Positions 63,505-63,730 of a stretch of 63,730 bases of DNA are shown here, piece by piece. How positions within the stretch are numbered: position 1 is the first letter of the stretch; every line of letters starts with the position of its first letter. The notes beneath the pieces are model-generated. The model was not told where the DNA came from. It worked only from the letters and a program-made list of their open reading frames with translations, and made no database searches. The stretch covers positions 1 to 63,730 of the IMG/VR virus record IMGVR_UViG_3300048837_001215. One strand, given 5' to 3'. The translations under genes were made by a program, and so were the position numbers. The DNA is from a virus (lineage: Duplodnaviria; Caudoviricetes).

Positions 63505-63730
63505 ACCGGGAATCGCTGCGCATAGCCATCACCGGGCAGGAGACGACCGCCTCCGCCGGTGATGACGTCTGGGTCCGCCTCGAGCAGGTGAGGCCGTCCC
63601 GGCTGGCCTACTACGCCACCGCCCGCGACATCTACAAGATGTGGACCAGGGCGGTATCCGGCCAATCGGCCCAGACCATGCGCCCGCCCGGCTGCCCGGT
63701 CGGGTTCGCCGGGGATGACATCTATGTCTG
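63182..63730. repeat. Right copy of diverged terminal repeat
   Basis: Aligns to 1-546. Confidence 0.95.
63501..63730 (+). CDS. 3'-truncated allele of 320..1309
   Basis: MNRESLRIAITGQETTASAGDDVWVRLEQ versus MSTESLLIAITGQDLSAAGDDVWVRLEQ. Confidence 0.85.
   Translation, partial: MNRESLRIAITGQETTASAGDDVWVRLEQVRPSRLAYYATARDIYKMWTRAVSGQSAQTMRPPGCPVGFAGDDIYV

Overview
The window is a near-complete, apparently circular ~63.2 kb genome of a tailed dsDNA phage. It looks siphovirus-like: tail tube, G/GT chaperones and tape measure are present, and I recognise no sheath or integrase. The host is probably Gram-negative (lipoprotein genes, kdsB). The + strand arm (40.9 kb to the end, continuing through 1-8.2 kb) carries packaging, head, tail and lysis genes. 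The - strand arm (40.7 kb down to 8.2 kb) carries early genes, a bacterial-type replisome (DnaE, clamp, DnaX-like loader, intein-containing DnaB-like helicase, DnaC-like loader, primase), recombination genes (RecA/UvsX, UvsY-like, gp32-like SSB, RuvC, split Rad50 plus Mre11) and a 7-deazaguanine DNA-modification cluster (queD, queE, queC, PRTase-folE fusion, VUT transporter, intein-containing DpdA/TGT-like gene). Most notable: (1) a putative virion glycan-decoration module in the head operon (KdsB, Maf/DUF115-like transferase, acetyltransferase, two GTs, sulfotransferase); (2) two type III hammerhead ribozymes in the early transcript, behind a GGA-rich leader; (3) two oversized tRNA-Leu-like RNAs with remodelled centres; (4) two micro-ORFs that copy the N-terminal module of the DpdA-like enzyme; (5) a MuF-ADP-ribosyltransferase fusion. 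All calls come from motif reading by eye; no database searches or folding programs were run.
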